DNA of 30,136 nucleotides from Chlamydiota bacterium (GTDB lineage Bacteria; Chlamydiota; Chlamydiia; Chlamydiales; JAJFMB01): NCBI GenBank assembly GCA_021772355.1, contig JAJFMB010000014.1, positions 1 to 30,136 of the forward strand, read 5' to 3'. Shown piece by piece: positions 8,529 to 17,331 of this stretch (position 1 is its first letter; each line of letters starts with the position of its first letter). The notes under the pieces were generated by a model. It saw only the letters and a program-made list of their open reading frames with translations, ran no database searches and was not told where the DNA came from. The position numbers and the translations under genes were made by a program.

Positions 8529-10198
8529 ACTTTTTTGAGTTGAATGAGATAGGGATTCTGAGAATCAGATTTTGGGACAATATTTTCTAAAACCGATTTG
8601 CGGCCTGGTCTGCGTCTCAGATCTATTTCTTTTTGATAGTTGAGAGTCGGATTGAAACTAGTTCCCATATCAATAAGTAAAATATATGCGTCGTGAAGAT
8701 CTATCTGATGTAGCTCAGAAAATTTAATTAATTTTTTCAGTTCAGATATAATGAGGCAACTTGAAAGTGCCTTGAATTTAACTTTTCCATTCAGTTCTCT
8801 TATCATAGAGACTACATCTGCTGGGTTGCAAAAAGACAAGGAATTGAATTTATCCGTTAATAATCCGTTCACTCGGTTTGTCGTTCGAAAGCTATCAATA
8901 ATTTCACCCCATAAACTAAAACCAAATTCACTTTCAGAAAGAGTAAAAGTGGGATCAAACAACATCTCTATAGATTCTTTCGGTGTGAACGACTCATTCG
9001 AGTATTGTAGGAGAATTCGATCATTTGTGAGAGCCTGGACTAATAAAAAAAGTTGAACATAGTGTGTAAGAGGCCCATGGAGAAAAGGTGCTGTGTATGC
9101 CTCTGTAAAAAATCTTAGCTCCCCGTTCCTTGTAATCAACCCATTTGCAATATGTGGTGGAATAAATCTGACAAATTTATAATACTCACTGTTTTGACTT
9201 GTTATCCCACAATCCTTCAGGTAGTTGAGGACTGTTTTTAACAGGACTTTGTGCAGTTTCACTGATTTGAGCTCAGGCGTTCTTGGTGTCGGTTTTGCTA
9301 GCATAAGGTCATTTCGATAATCGAGTTCAAAATGCACACCCTCTTGTACATAAGGAAAGGGTTCTTCAGGGTGCTCTTGATTCCATTGGTTTAATAGTAA
9401 TTCATTTAACAGTTTTAAATCCGCGTAACACCGACCGAGATGAGCCAACACATAACAGTACATATTAAGATAAACATGCAAAAAGGCGATCTGTCTGCTT
9501 GTGAGTGTTTTTTGAGACGCTAATTTTCTGATACGTCCACTCACTGAGTTGAGTTCGACCTGAATTTTTCCTTGGAACATCTCTGGATCAGTTTTTATCA
9601 AATGAACAGTATGCTCCCATCTGCCCTGGTTAAACCCTCTGCAATACTCTTCTTTCTCGGGATCATCTGAGAAATTGATATAATTCAGTATTTCCGGGTC
9701 AATGGGATTGGATCCTAAGAAGAATATCTCTAACCTTGATTTGACACTTTCAGTTTTGAAATCCATGTGAATGGCATCCCAAACTTGTATGAAATAGTCT
9801 GCGCCAATCTGTTTGTCTTGGAATTGCTGAAATATGGAGTCATTGAAATCATCATCTCCAAAGGGGTCCACACCGGCTTTTAAATACTGAAGCACTAAGT
9901 GCTTAACAATCTCTTCCGGATTTGCAATGACCGGTGCCCAGTCAATGGAGGCAAAGGCTGCTTGGTTTCTAGGGAGTCTAGAGTATATGTTGCTGTAGAT
10001 ATCTTGAGGAAAACGAGTGTCTACACGCGTTGTTGCGTCACAATAGAAAAACTCACAGATTTTGTTATCCGGGATAATTTTAAAGGAGACGTAGTAGTGT
10101 GCAGTCCTATGTTCCGCGAAGTAGATGGCATCTGGCGAGACCTTTATTGATAATTCAGGAGGCATATAGGGATTGAACCCGGTAAGAGGTAGCGACAT
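8525..10198 (-). CDS. Hypothetical protein, candidate effector with possible LirA/MavJ (DUF5636)-like C-terminal domain
   Basis: 557-aa AT-rich ORF. FIPP...LHGPLTHYVQ...LWGEIID...FCNPADV resembles the recalled HGxxxHxxQ / LWxxxxD / P pattern of that family. Confidence 0.6.
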   Translation of the reverse strand: MSLPLTGFNPYMPPELSIKVSPDAIYFAEHRTAHYYVSFKIIPDNKICEFFYCDATTRVDTRFPQDIYSNIYSRLPRNQAAFASIDWAPVIANPEEIVKHLVLQYLKAGVDPFGDDDFNDSIFQQFQDKQIGADYFIQVWDAIHMDFKTESVKSRLEIFFLGSNPIDPEILNYINFSDDPEKEEYCRGFNQGRWEHTVHLIKTDPEMFQGKIQVELNSVSGRIRKLASQKTLTSRQIAFLHVYLNMYCYVLAHLGRCYADLKLLNELLLNQWNQEHPEEPFPYVQEGVHFELDYRNDLMLAKPTPRTPELKSVKLHKVLLKTVLNYLKDCGITSQNSEYYKFVRFIPPHIANGLITRNGELRFFTEAYTAPFLHGPLTHYVQLFLLVQALTNDRILLQYSNESFTPKESIEMLFDPTFTLSESEFGFSLWGEIIDSFRTTNRVNGLLTDKFNSLSFCNPADVVSMIRELNGKVKFKALSSCLIISELKKLIKFSELHQIDLHDAYILLIDMGTSFNPTLNYQKEIDLRRRPGRKSVLENIVPKSDSQNPYLIQLKKV

Positions 10199-10282
10199 AA
10201 TTTAATTACTAAAAATAATTATTAATTATGTTATTGTAAACTAGTACCTAGTTTAATTCAATATTACTATTTTTTAATTTGA

Positions 10283-11278
10283 TTAATTTCTGGGGATGTC
10301 AAGGTGCTGGTAAGCGAGATCTGTGACCTCTCTTCCTCGCGGAGTTCGTCTGATAAAGCCGTTAAGAATAAGGTAGGGTTCATAGACCTCTTCGATGGTG
10401 TTTTTCTCTTCACCGACAGCAACGGCGATTGTAGTAAGGCCAACGGGTCCTCCGTTATGATGATCAATCATAGTTTGAAGGATTTTTTTATCCATTTCAT
10501 CGAGCCCTTTATGATCAATTGCGAGAAGTTCGAGCGCTTGATGGACAACTTCTTTTGTCGCTTTTCCCCCTGCCCTCATCTGACAGTAATCTCGCACCCA
10601 GCGAAGCAAATTATTGGCAATGCGAGGTGTCCCTCGGGAACGTCTGGCAATTTCAAGGAGGCCGTCTTGATCAATTGTGAAATTGAGAATACGGCTTGTG
10701 CGCTCGAGAATTATTTGCAGCACTTCTGGTGAGTAGTAATTGAGGCGACAGGAAAAGGGAAAGCGGGAACGTAAAGGCGCGGTAAGTGAACCCACTTTAG
10801 TAGTAGCGCCAACAAGGGTGAAACGGTTGAGTTTTACTTGAACACTGCGCGCGCTTGGACCGCTGTCAATCATGAGATCGAGCTGAAAATCTTCCATGGC
10901 GGGATATAAGTACTCTTCAATGGTTCGATTAAGTCTGTGGATTTCATCGATAAAGAGGACATCACCTGTTTGCAAGTTGGTAAGGACACCGGCAAGGTCA
11001 CCTGCTTTTTCAATGGCGGGCCCGGAGGTGACGACGAGATTCGTTCCCATTGTTTTGGCGATGATATTGGCTAAGGTCGTTTTTCCAAGACCGGGAGGGC
11101 CGCTAAAGAGGCAATGTCCAAGTGTTTCTTTCCGCTCTTTTGCAGCGCCAATAAAAACATCGAGGCGATCACACACTTGCTCTTGACCGGAAAACTCCTG
11201 CAGTGTTTGCGGGCGCAAGGGTACTTCAAACGTGACATCTTCCTGACAGAAGGATGACTCGATAAAGCGATTCGTCAT
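10283..11278 (-). CDS. ruvB: Holliday junction branch migration DNA helicase RuvB
   Basis: [12 protein letters not shown], Walker [10 protein letters not shown], Walker [29 protein letters not shown] and RTPRGR motifs. Confidence 0.99.
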   Translation of the reverse strand: MTNRFIESSFCQEDVTFEVPLRPQTLQEFSGQEQVCDRLDVFIGAAKERKETLGHCLFSGPPGLGKTTLANIIAKTMGTNLVVTSGPAIEKAGDLAGVLTNLQTGDVLFIDEIHRLNRTIEEYLYPAMEDFQLDLMIDSGPSARSVQVKLNRFTLVGATTKVGSLTAPLRSRFPFSCRLNYYSPEVLQIILERTSRILNFTIDQDGLLEIARRSRGTPRIANNLLRWVRDYCQMRAGGKATKEVVHQALELLAIDHKGLDEMDKKILQTMIDHHNGGPVGLTTIAVAVGEEKNTIEEVYEPYLILNGFIRRTPRGREVTDLAYQHLDIPRN

Positions 11279-12643
11279 TTACGCTAATACTCCCAGGGCA
11301 TTGAGAAAGACAATTATGATTAAAATTGGTGCTGTATACTTTACGCTAACCCATAAATAGTGTTTTAGCCAAGTGTGTTTTTCGAAAATATGTTCTGCGC
11401 CTTTTTTCAGTTCGTCAAAAGCATTCGACATTTTCCACACCCAACCTACTAAGATGACAGCTAAAAGGCCTCCGAGAGGAATAAGGATGTCGCTGCATAA
11501 AGATCCTACAATGTCTAGGAATGTCATATCATAAAATGTCATGTCTTTTAGAAGACTTAAAGAAAGCGCGCTCGGAATGCCAAGAAGAAAGGCGCCTGCT
11601 CCACAGGCAAATGTCGCAGGGTGCCGCTTCCATCCCCATTCGTCCATTAAATAAGCAATGGTTGGTTCCATGGCAGAAACCTCTGAAGTGATGGCTGCCA
11701 TTACGACTAATAGAAAGAAGGCGATTGCTAAAAGATAGCCGCCGGGAAGCTGACTAAAAACCCAGGGAAGTGTATTAAACAACAACCCAGGTCCGGCAGT
11801 AGGTTCCATTCCGGTTGAAAACACGATCGTTAAGACGGCAATAGCTGCTAACAAAGAGACTACCGTATCCATGATCGCAACAGGAAAGCAGTTACCTAAA
11901 ATATTTTCTTTATCGCTTAAATAACTGCCATAAGTAACCATCGTTCCTTGACCCAAGCTGAGAGTGAAGAAGGCTTGTCCAAGCGCGGTTACAATGGCAA
12001 CCGGTGTGATAAGACTCCAGTTAGGGGTGAAGAGGAAGTGTAGCCCCTCGCTGGCATTAGGAAGTGTCACACCTCTAATGGCAAGCAGAATCAGCATCAT
12101 GTACAACATGGGCATCATCCATTTATTGGCGCGTTCAATCCCGTTACGAACTCCCATATACAGGACAAATACGCAAAAAAACATAAAGAGAAAATGAAAC
12201 CCGACACCCCAAATGGCACTATTCATCAAGCATTGGTAGTGAGAAGAAACAGCATCGCATGACTCAAAACTGGAAAGATTGCCTCTAACGGCTTCAACTA
12301 GATAACCCAATATCCAACCGGCGACAGCGCTATAGAAGCTACTGACAATAAATCCGGTCAGAATCGTTAATTTCCCCATCCAAGACCAAATTTTTGTTTT
12401 CCCTAATTTTTTGAAAGCTCCCGAAGGGCTGGTATGGGTCGCGCGTCCTATCAACATTTCGGATATAAACACAGGGAATCCAATAATCATCAAGAAAATC
12501 AAATAAAGAATAATAAATGCTGCGCCACCGTTTTTTCCAACGATATAGGGAAAACGCCAAATATTTGCTAAGCCTATAGCCGATCCGGCAACCGCCATGA
12601 TAAACCCGATGCGCGATCCCCAGGATTCTCTTTTTGCTTCCAT
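11279..12643 (-). CDS. Sodium-dependent transporter, NSS/SNF (SLC6/LeuT-like) family
   Basis: RESWGSRIGFIMAVAGSAIGLANIWRFPY signature, ALGQAFFTLSLGQG, GPGLLF and many TM helices. Confidence 0.95.
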   Translation of the reverse strand: MEAKRESWGSRIGFIMAVAGSAIGLANIWRFPYIVGKNGGAAFIILYLIFLMIIGFPVFISEMLIGRATHTSPSGAFKKLGKTKIWSWMGKLTILTGFIVSSFYSAVAGWILGYLVEAVRGNLSSFESCDAVSSHYQCLMNSAIWGVGFHFLFMFFCVFVLYMGVRNGIERANKWMMPMLYMMLILLAIRGVTLPNASEGLHFLFTPNWSLITPVAIVTALGQAFFTLSLGQGTMVTYGSYLSDKENILGNCFPVAIMDTVVSLLAAIAVLTIVFSTGMEPTAGPGLLFNTLPWVFSQLPGGYLLAIAFFLLVVMAAITSEVSAMEPTIAYLMDEWGWKRHPATFACGAGAFLLGIPSALSLSLLKDMTFYDMTFLDIVGSLCSDILIPLGGLLAVILVGWVWKMSNAFDELKKGAEHIFEKHTWLKHYLWVSVKYTAPILIIIVFLNALGVLA

Positions 12644-12771
12644 GAGTCCTCAGTGATAATTTTTTAGAAAATTTTATCATTATAAGAGACAAATTTACAA
12701 TGATAATAATTTTTATAGGATTAAATCTTTAACAAATCTTAAAAAACGGTTCTCAAATATTTCTGAAGGGG

Positions 12772-12800
12772 TTTACTAAAATATGATTACTTGTTACAAT
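12772..12800 (+). promoter_or_regulatory. Putative sigma66 promoter of the translocon operon
   Basis: TTTACT-17 bp-TACAAT with an extended TG, and a strong AAGGAGG RBS before ATG 12844. Confidence 0.55.
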
Positions 12801-12843
12801 TGCGTTTTGATTCCATTCATATCATTTACAAAGGAGGAATCTG

Positions 12844-13380
12844 ATGTCGCCCGAACCAACTCAAGAAGTTTTGAGTGAAGCTATCAACGAGGTAGAAACA
12901 ACAGATGCTCCAAGCAATCTATCCATTGAGTCACTAGCTCTACTCATTACCACAGAACGTCTCGATCAGCTTGAAAAAAAGACGATGGAGGAGTTTAAAG
13001 AACTCAAAGAGAGACAAGATGCCGTGCGTGCTCTCCACAAACTGCTAAAAGAGATCAATGCCAACACCAATCAAAAGGGTGAGCTCGACGCGAGCAATAA
13101 AGAGGAGTTGCAAAAACTCCTCGATGAAGCCAAAGAGAAATACGGCATCGAATTTAAGAATAAAGACGGCAAGTATAAATTCACCAAAGATGACCGCGAT
13201 CGCCTAGTAGAAAATGTGAAAATGTCTGTCGACGACCTTAATGTCCAAAACGAAATGCAATTGCAGACAATTACAAGGCTCACAAATGAGCGTTATGAAT
13301 CTTATCAAATGGCGCGGACGATCTTAAAGCCGCTGCATGATGATAAAGTTCAAAAAGCTCGAGCCATTGCAGGACGCTAA
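12844..13380 (+). CDS. Putative T3SS tip/filament protein (Bsp22/EspA/SseB-like, SctA)
   Basis: All-helical 178 aa. N-terminal LSIESLALLITTERLDQL and C-terminal VKMSVDDLNVQNEMQLQTITRLTNERYESYQM match the recalled Bsp22 termini. It is the first gene before a class II chaperone and two translocators. Confidence 0.6.
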   Translation: MSPEPTQEVLSEAINEVETTDAPSNLSIESLALLITTERLDQLEKKTMEEFKELKERQDAVRALHKLLKEINANTNQKGELDASNKEELQKLLDEAKEKYGIEFKNKDGKYKFTKDDRDRLVENVKMSVDDLNVQNEMQLQTITRLTNERYESYQMARTILKPLHDDKVQKARAIAGR

Positions 13381-13382
13381 TC

Positions 13383-13895
13383 ATGACACAAGTGCTCGAA
13401 CAAAAGACTGAAGCCAAGGATTTTCTCCTCGACATGATGGAGAAATATGCTATGGGGGACAAGTCTCTCGATACTTTGCCGACCCTTTCTGGGGAAACCA
13501 AAGAGGGTCTCTACCAATACGCCTACCGCTTTTACGAAAACGGAAAATACCAAGATGCGATCAACTTTTTTCGCTTCCTCACTTTGGTCGGGACACAGGT
13601 AAAGAAACATTGGGTAGGTCTTGGCGCTGCGCAACAGATGAATAAACAGTATCAAGATGCGATCCATTCCTATAGTATTGCTGCCATCCTAGATGTCAAA
13701 GATCCCTATATTCATGTTTATGCTGCCGATTGCTTTTTTGCGGTAGAAGACATCTCACATGGAATCGATGCTCTGAATGCGGCGCAAAAGATTGTTGAAA
13801 AAAGCAAAAAATACAAAAAACTACTTCCCGAACTCACAATTTTACGTGAAGCTTGGGAAAAACGGTTAACAAGGAACAAAACCCATGGCAATTGA
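13383..13895 (+). CDS. SycD/LcrH-family class II T3SS translocator chaperone (TPR)
   Basis: EGLYQYAYRFYENGKYQDAINFFRFL, WVGLGAAQQMNKQYQDAIHSY, AAILDVKDPY and ADCFFA match the SycD/LcrH TPR pattern. Confidence 0.92.
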   Translation: MTQVLEQKTEAKDFLLDMMEKYAMGDKSLDTLPTLSGETKEGLYQYAYRFYENGKYQDAINFFRFLTLVGTQVKKHWVGLGAAQQMNKQYQDAIHSYSIAAILDVKDPYIHVYAADCFFAVEDISHGIDALNAAQKIVEKSKKYKKLLPELTILREAWEKRLTRNKTHGN

Positions 13896-14706
13896 AGCAA
13901 TTGGAAGAGGCCCCTACATTCCCCCTGTTTTCTCAGTTGATCACCCCCTTAAACAAGTTGAGGATACCAAGAAAAAGGTCGTTCCTTTTATTGCAGATAC
14001 TGTGGCTTCATTTGTGCCGTTAACCGGTCCCGTTCAAGAAAAAGCGGAAACGTTTTTTGGGCGCCCAAAGCTAGAAGAACCTAGTATAGAAGCTTTCAAT
14101 GCGGCTCAATTTCGGCATGAAATGGAAGAGGTTCTTACTCATGTACAGGCAAAAGAGGAAGGTTTAGATAAAGAGCAAGATCACAACGACGCCGACATTA
14201 TGATTATGAAGATGATGGTTAAATGTATCGTTGCGCAGCGTCAGTCGGGACATGACACCGAGACAATCACCGCCAATGAAATTGCTAATGCCAGAAAATT
14301 CCTCGATCGTTTACGGGAAGAACATTTCAATATTAAGGATGATATCAACGATAGGAAGAGCACTGCTGAAACCATCGAATGGATAAACACAGGACTCTCT
14401 CTTGGAATTGCAGCTACCTCCATGGCAATGTTTTTAAGCTTAGGACCTGCTGGTTTGATCGCTTATACGATCGGTGGCTTGGGTATCGCGAAGGGACTTA
14501 CTTATGGCGCAAAAGGGGTTTTAGAATATCAAAATAACGCAAATATCGGTGAGCTTTATCAGGTCAATATGCAGCAAAGTGAAATGCAAGAACAAGTCGA
14601 TCTCTTCCTCAATATGATGATGGAAGCCTTGCAGGGTGTGTGCAGCAATTGGAAAGACCAAAGAGAGATCTTTGCTCACCGTTTAGAAGCATCAAAATTT
14701 AATTAG
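13885..14706 (+). CDS. Putative T3SS major translocator (SctE/CopB-like), unusually short
   Basis: Follows and overlaps the chaperone gene. Coiled-coil region, then a long Gly/Ala-rich hydrophobic hairpin (INTGLSLGIAATSMAMFLSLGPAGLIAYTIGGLGIAKGLTYGAKGVL), then an amphipathic C-terminus. Confidence 0.62.
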   Translation: MAIEAIGRGPYIPPVFSVDHPLKQVEDTKKKVVPFIADTVASFVPLTGPVQEKAETFFGRPKLEEPSIEAFNAAQFRHEMEEVLTHVQAKEEGLDKEQDHNDADIMIMKMMVKCIVAQRQSGHDTETITANEIANARKFLDRLREEHFNIKDDINDRKSTAETIEWINTGLSLGIAATSMAMFLSLGPAGLIAYTIGGLGIAKGLTYGAKGVLEYQNNANIGELYQVNMQQSEMQEQVDLFLNMMMEALQGVCSNWKDQREIFAHRLEASKFN

Positions 14707-14717
14707 GAGAACATAAT

Positions 14718-15302
14718 ATGGCAGTAGTTGCAGAACGTACGACAGTAGAGAGTCAGTACGAAAACTTTGATACAAGATTTGGCGGAAACTTAGATAAGTT
14801 AGACACGATGAATTTTGCTGAGATGATTGAGCTGGTACAGAAGATGGTGCTGCTTAACTTACACTTCTCTGCAAAATTCCTAAGAGAACTTGCGCAAGAC
14901 GCTAAAGCAGAGACAAAAGTACGCGTTCAAGATTATGTTGACGGCACTAACAATCTAGGTCGTGCTGCGTGTTGGATCGTAGCGGGTATAGTCACAAGTG
15001 CCGGTGGCGTAGCAGGTTTATATGGTGTGGCAAGCGGTACGGAGGCCCTACAGAATGTGGGTATTCTTACCGGCAACATAGCGAAACTACCAGAAACAGC
15101 AGCGACAATTCTAAACGAACAGAATCAAGGCGCGCAATTTAAACGTCAAAACGATGTGGAAATGGCGAAGAAAAAGCATGAAGGACTTACCAGCAGCAAA
15201 ACTGAAAACACTCGTCAAAGAGACGAAATCCTTCGTCTAATGAAAGAAGCGCTAGCGCAACAGCACCAGACCAAAAAAGGTTTTACAGCAGTTTCCGGTT
15301 AA
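14718..15302 (+). CDS. Putative T3SS minor translocator (SctB/CopD/SseD-like)
   Basis: AGGAG RBS. One Gly/Ala-rich hydrophobic segment (AACWIVAGIVTSAGGVAGLYGVASG) and a C-terminal coiled coil. Last gene of the operon. Confidence 0.62.
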   Translation: MAVVAERTTVESQYENFDTRFGGNLDKLDTMNFAEMIELVQKMVLLNLHFSAKFLRELAQDAKAETKVRVQDYVDGTNNLGRAACWIVAGIVTSAGGVAGLYGVASGTEALQNVGILTGNIAKLPETAATILNEQNQGAQFKRQNDVEMAKKKHEGLTSSKTENTRQRDEILRLMKEALAQQHQTKKGFTAVSG

Positions 15303-15992
15303 TCACTTTCGTATCTGTAAATAGACATCGGCGCTTCCCCAGGTGAATTCTAGCGGGAAGCGCTTCATGATCTCAAAGTCTACGTCCGCAGCGTAATCCG
15401 TTAAAGGGTAGCTCACAGTAACGATCTTGGCACCGGACGGTAACGTTTTGAACTTCTCTGCTAACTTTCGAATGTACTCATCCTCTAGACAGGTCCCATA
15501 TAAGTAAATGACGGTTGCTCCTTCTAAGTCAGCCTCCAGTAAATCGCAGCACTCAAAACTCACACCCTTAACGTGAAATTTCTTTCTCACCAGGTTAGCT
15601 TTCTCTATAAATTCCGGAATGTAGTCTATTCCTTTAACTGTACAACCCTTTATATGATGTAACCAGTAGCAAACACGGCCGCGACCGCAACCGAGCTCAA
15701 TGACATGGTCCTTAGGTCCTATCTGGCACGCATCGACAATCTTTTCTAGCGTAGTTAGCGGCGTCTCTCCATAGGTGTAGACTTCCTTCTCACCCCGCTT
15801 CAACAAAAATTGTTTATTAATCTTATAGGGACTTCGAAACAGATACTGGCTTAGCAAAGCGATATCTTGCCAGCGGAAGTTAGCGTTACCGTAAAAACGC
15901 CCCATCACTCTGTAGTATTCAACTGTATTTTTCTTTGTGACAACAAGCCTTGTCCACAAAAGATCAATAAAGTTTTTAAATTTTTCAATCAT
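15303..15992 (-). CDS. Class I SAM-dependent methyltransferase, DOT1-like
   Basis: YGET, motif I VIELGCGRG, motif II GIDY, DLLEAD, ATVIYLYG and GAKIVT. Confidence 0.8.
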   Translation of the reverse strand: MIEKFKNFIDLLWTRLVVTKKNTVEYYRVMGRFYGNANFRWQDIALLSQYLFRSPYKINKQFLLKRGEKEVYTYGETPLTTLEKIVDACQIGPKDHVIELGCGRGRVCYWLHHIKGCTVKGIDYIPEFIEKANLVRKKFHVKGVSFECCDLLEADLEGATVIYLYGTCLEDEYIRKLAEKFKTLPSGAKIVTVSYPLTDYAADVDFEIMKRFPLEFTWGSADVYLQIRK

Positions 15993-16081
15993 AATAATGT
16001 CACAATATCATTTCCTTGTGATTTAATCCCGAGATTTCGTATTTTCTTCCACATTTTTAAACACTACACTATAGGTATTTC

Positions 16082-17314
16082 ATGAAAAAATTCTGTCTCT
16101 TAATATTATTTCTTACCACCTCGCTGCATGCAGAGACGTCGATAGGAACTCCTCTCTCTCCAACGGCAACGAAGGTACTTTTTTTAGGATCCGGGGAACT
16201 GGGAAAAGAGGTTGTGATCGAGCTGCAACGTTTCGGCGTTGAAGTGATTGCAGTTGATCGTTACGCCAACGCTCCTGCGATGCAGGTCGCTCACCGCTCT
16301 CATGTCATTTCCATGCTGGATGGAGAAGCACTGCGACAGGTTATCGAATTGGAACAGCCGCATTATATCGTTCCAGAAATTGAAGCGATTGCAACAGACA
16401 CCTTAATTGAATTAGAGCAAGAGGGATTTACTGTGATTCCTACCGCAAAAGCTGCAAAACTCACCATGAACAGAGAAGGAATCAGAAGGCTAGCCTCTGA
16501 GGAATTAGGGTTGAAGACTTCACGTTATCTTTTTGCCGACAGCAAAGAGGAGTATGTCGATGCAGTACACGAAATCGGTATCCCTTGTGTCGTGAAACCC
16601 ATCATGAGCTCCTCCGGTAAAGGGCAATCTGTGATTCGTTCTGAAGATGATCTTGAATCGGCGTGGGACTATGCGCAAATGGGTGCGCGTGGTGGTGCAG
16701 GAAAAGTGATCGTGGAACAATTTGTTCCTTTTGATTACGAAATCACTCTACTTACTGTTCGTCATATCGATGGCACTCTTTTTTGCGAGCCAATTGGGCA
16801 TTTGCAAATTGATGGCGACTACCGAGAGTCGTGGCAGCCGCAGCCAATGACAAAAGACCTCTTAGCAACAGCTCAGGAAATGGCAAAAAAAGTCACTGAT
16901 GCGCTTGGCGGACGTGGTATTTTTGGAGTGGAATTCTTTATTAAAGGGGACGATGTGTATTTTAGCGAAGTGTCGCCAAGACCGCACGACACAGGACTTG
17001 TGACACTGATATCACAAGACCTATCAGAATTTGCTCTGCATGCGCGCGCCATTTTAGGACTACCCATCCCTGGCATAAAGCAGTTTGGCCCCGCAGCTTC
17101 AAGTGCTCTTTTAGTCGAAGGAACCTCTGAACAAGTCAGCTTCCATCAACTAGAACAAGCTCTTGCTCTACCAAACACGCAACTCCGTCTCTTTGGAAAG
17201 CCCAATGTCAACGGTCACCGCCGTATGGGTGTTGGCCTCGCAACCGGCAGCACGCTAGAAGAGGCGCGTGAAACAGCAAAGCATGTCACAAACAGTATCG
17301 ACATAGAGCTTTAA
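16082..17314 (+). CDS. purT: Formate-dependent phosphoribosylglycinamide formyltransferase (GAR transformylase 2) with N-terminal signal-peptide-like extension
   Basis: [67 protein letters not shown] and RRMGV motifs, preceded by [17 protein letters not shown]. Confidence 0.96.
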   Translation: MKKFCLLILFLTTSLHAETSIGTPLSPTATKVLFLGSGELGKEVVIELQRFGVEVIAVDRYANAPAMQVAHRSHVISMLDGEALRQVIELEQPHYIVPEIEAIATDTLIELEQEGFTVIPTAKAAKLTMNREGIRRLASEELGLKTSRYLFADSKEEYVDAVHEIGIPCVVKPIMSSSGKGQSVIRSEDDLESAWDYAQMGARGGAGKVIVEQFVPFDYEITLLTVRHIDGTLFCEPIGHLQIDGDYRESWQPQPMTKDLLATAQEMAKKVTDALGGRGIFGVEFFIKGDDVYFSEVSPRPHDTGLVTLISQDLSEFALHARAILGLPIPGIKQFGPAASSALLVEGTSEQVSFHQLEQALALPNTQLRLFGKPNVNGHRRMGVGLATGSTLEEARETAKHVTNSIDIEL

Positions 17315-17331
17315 AAAAGTTCACTATCCAC

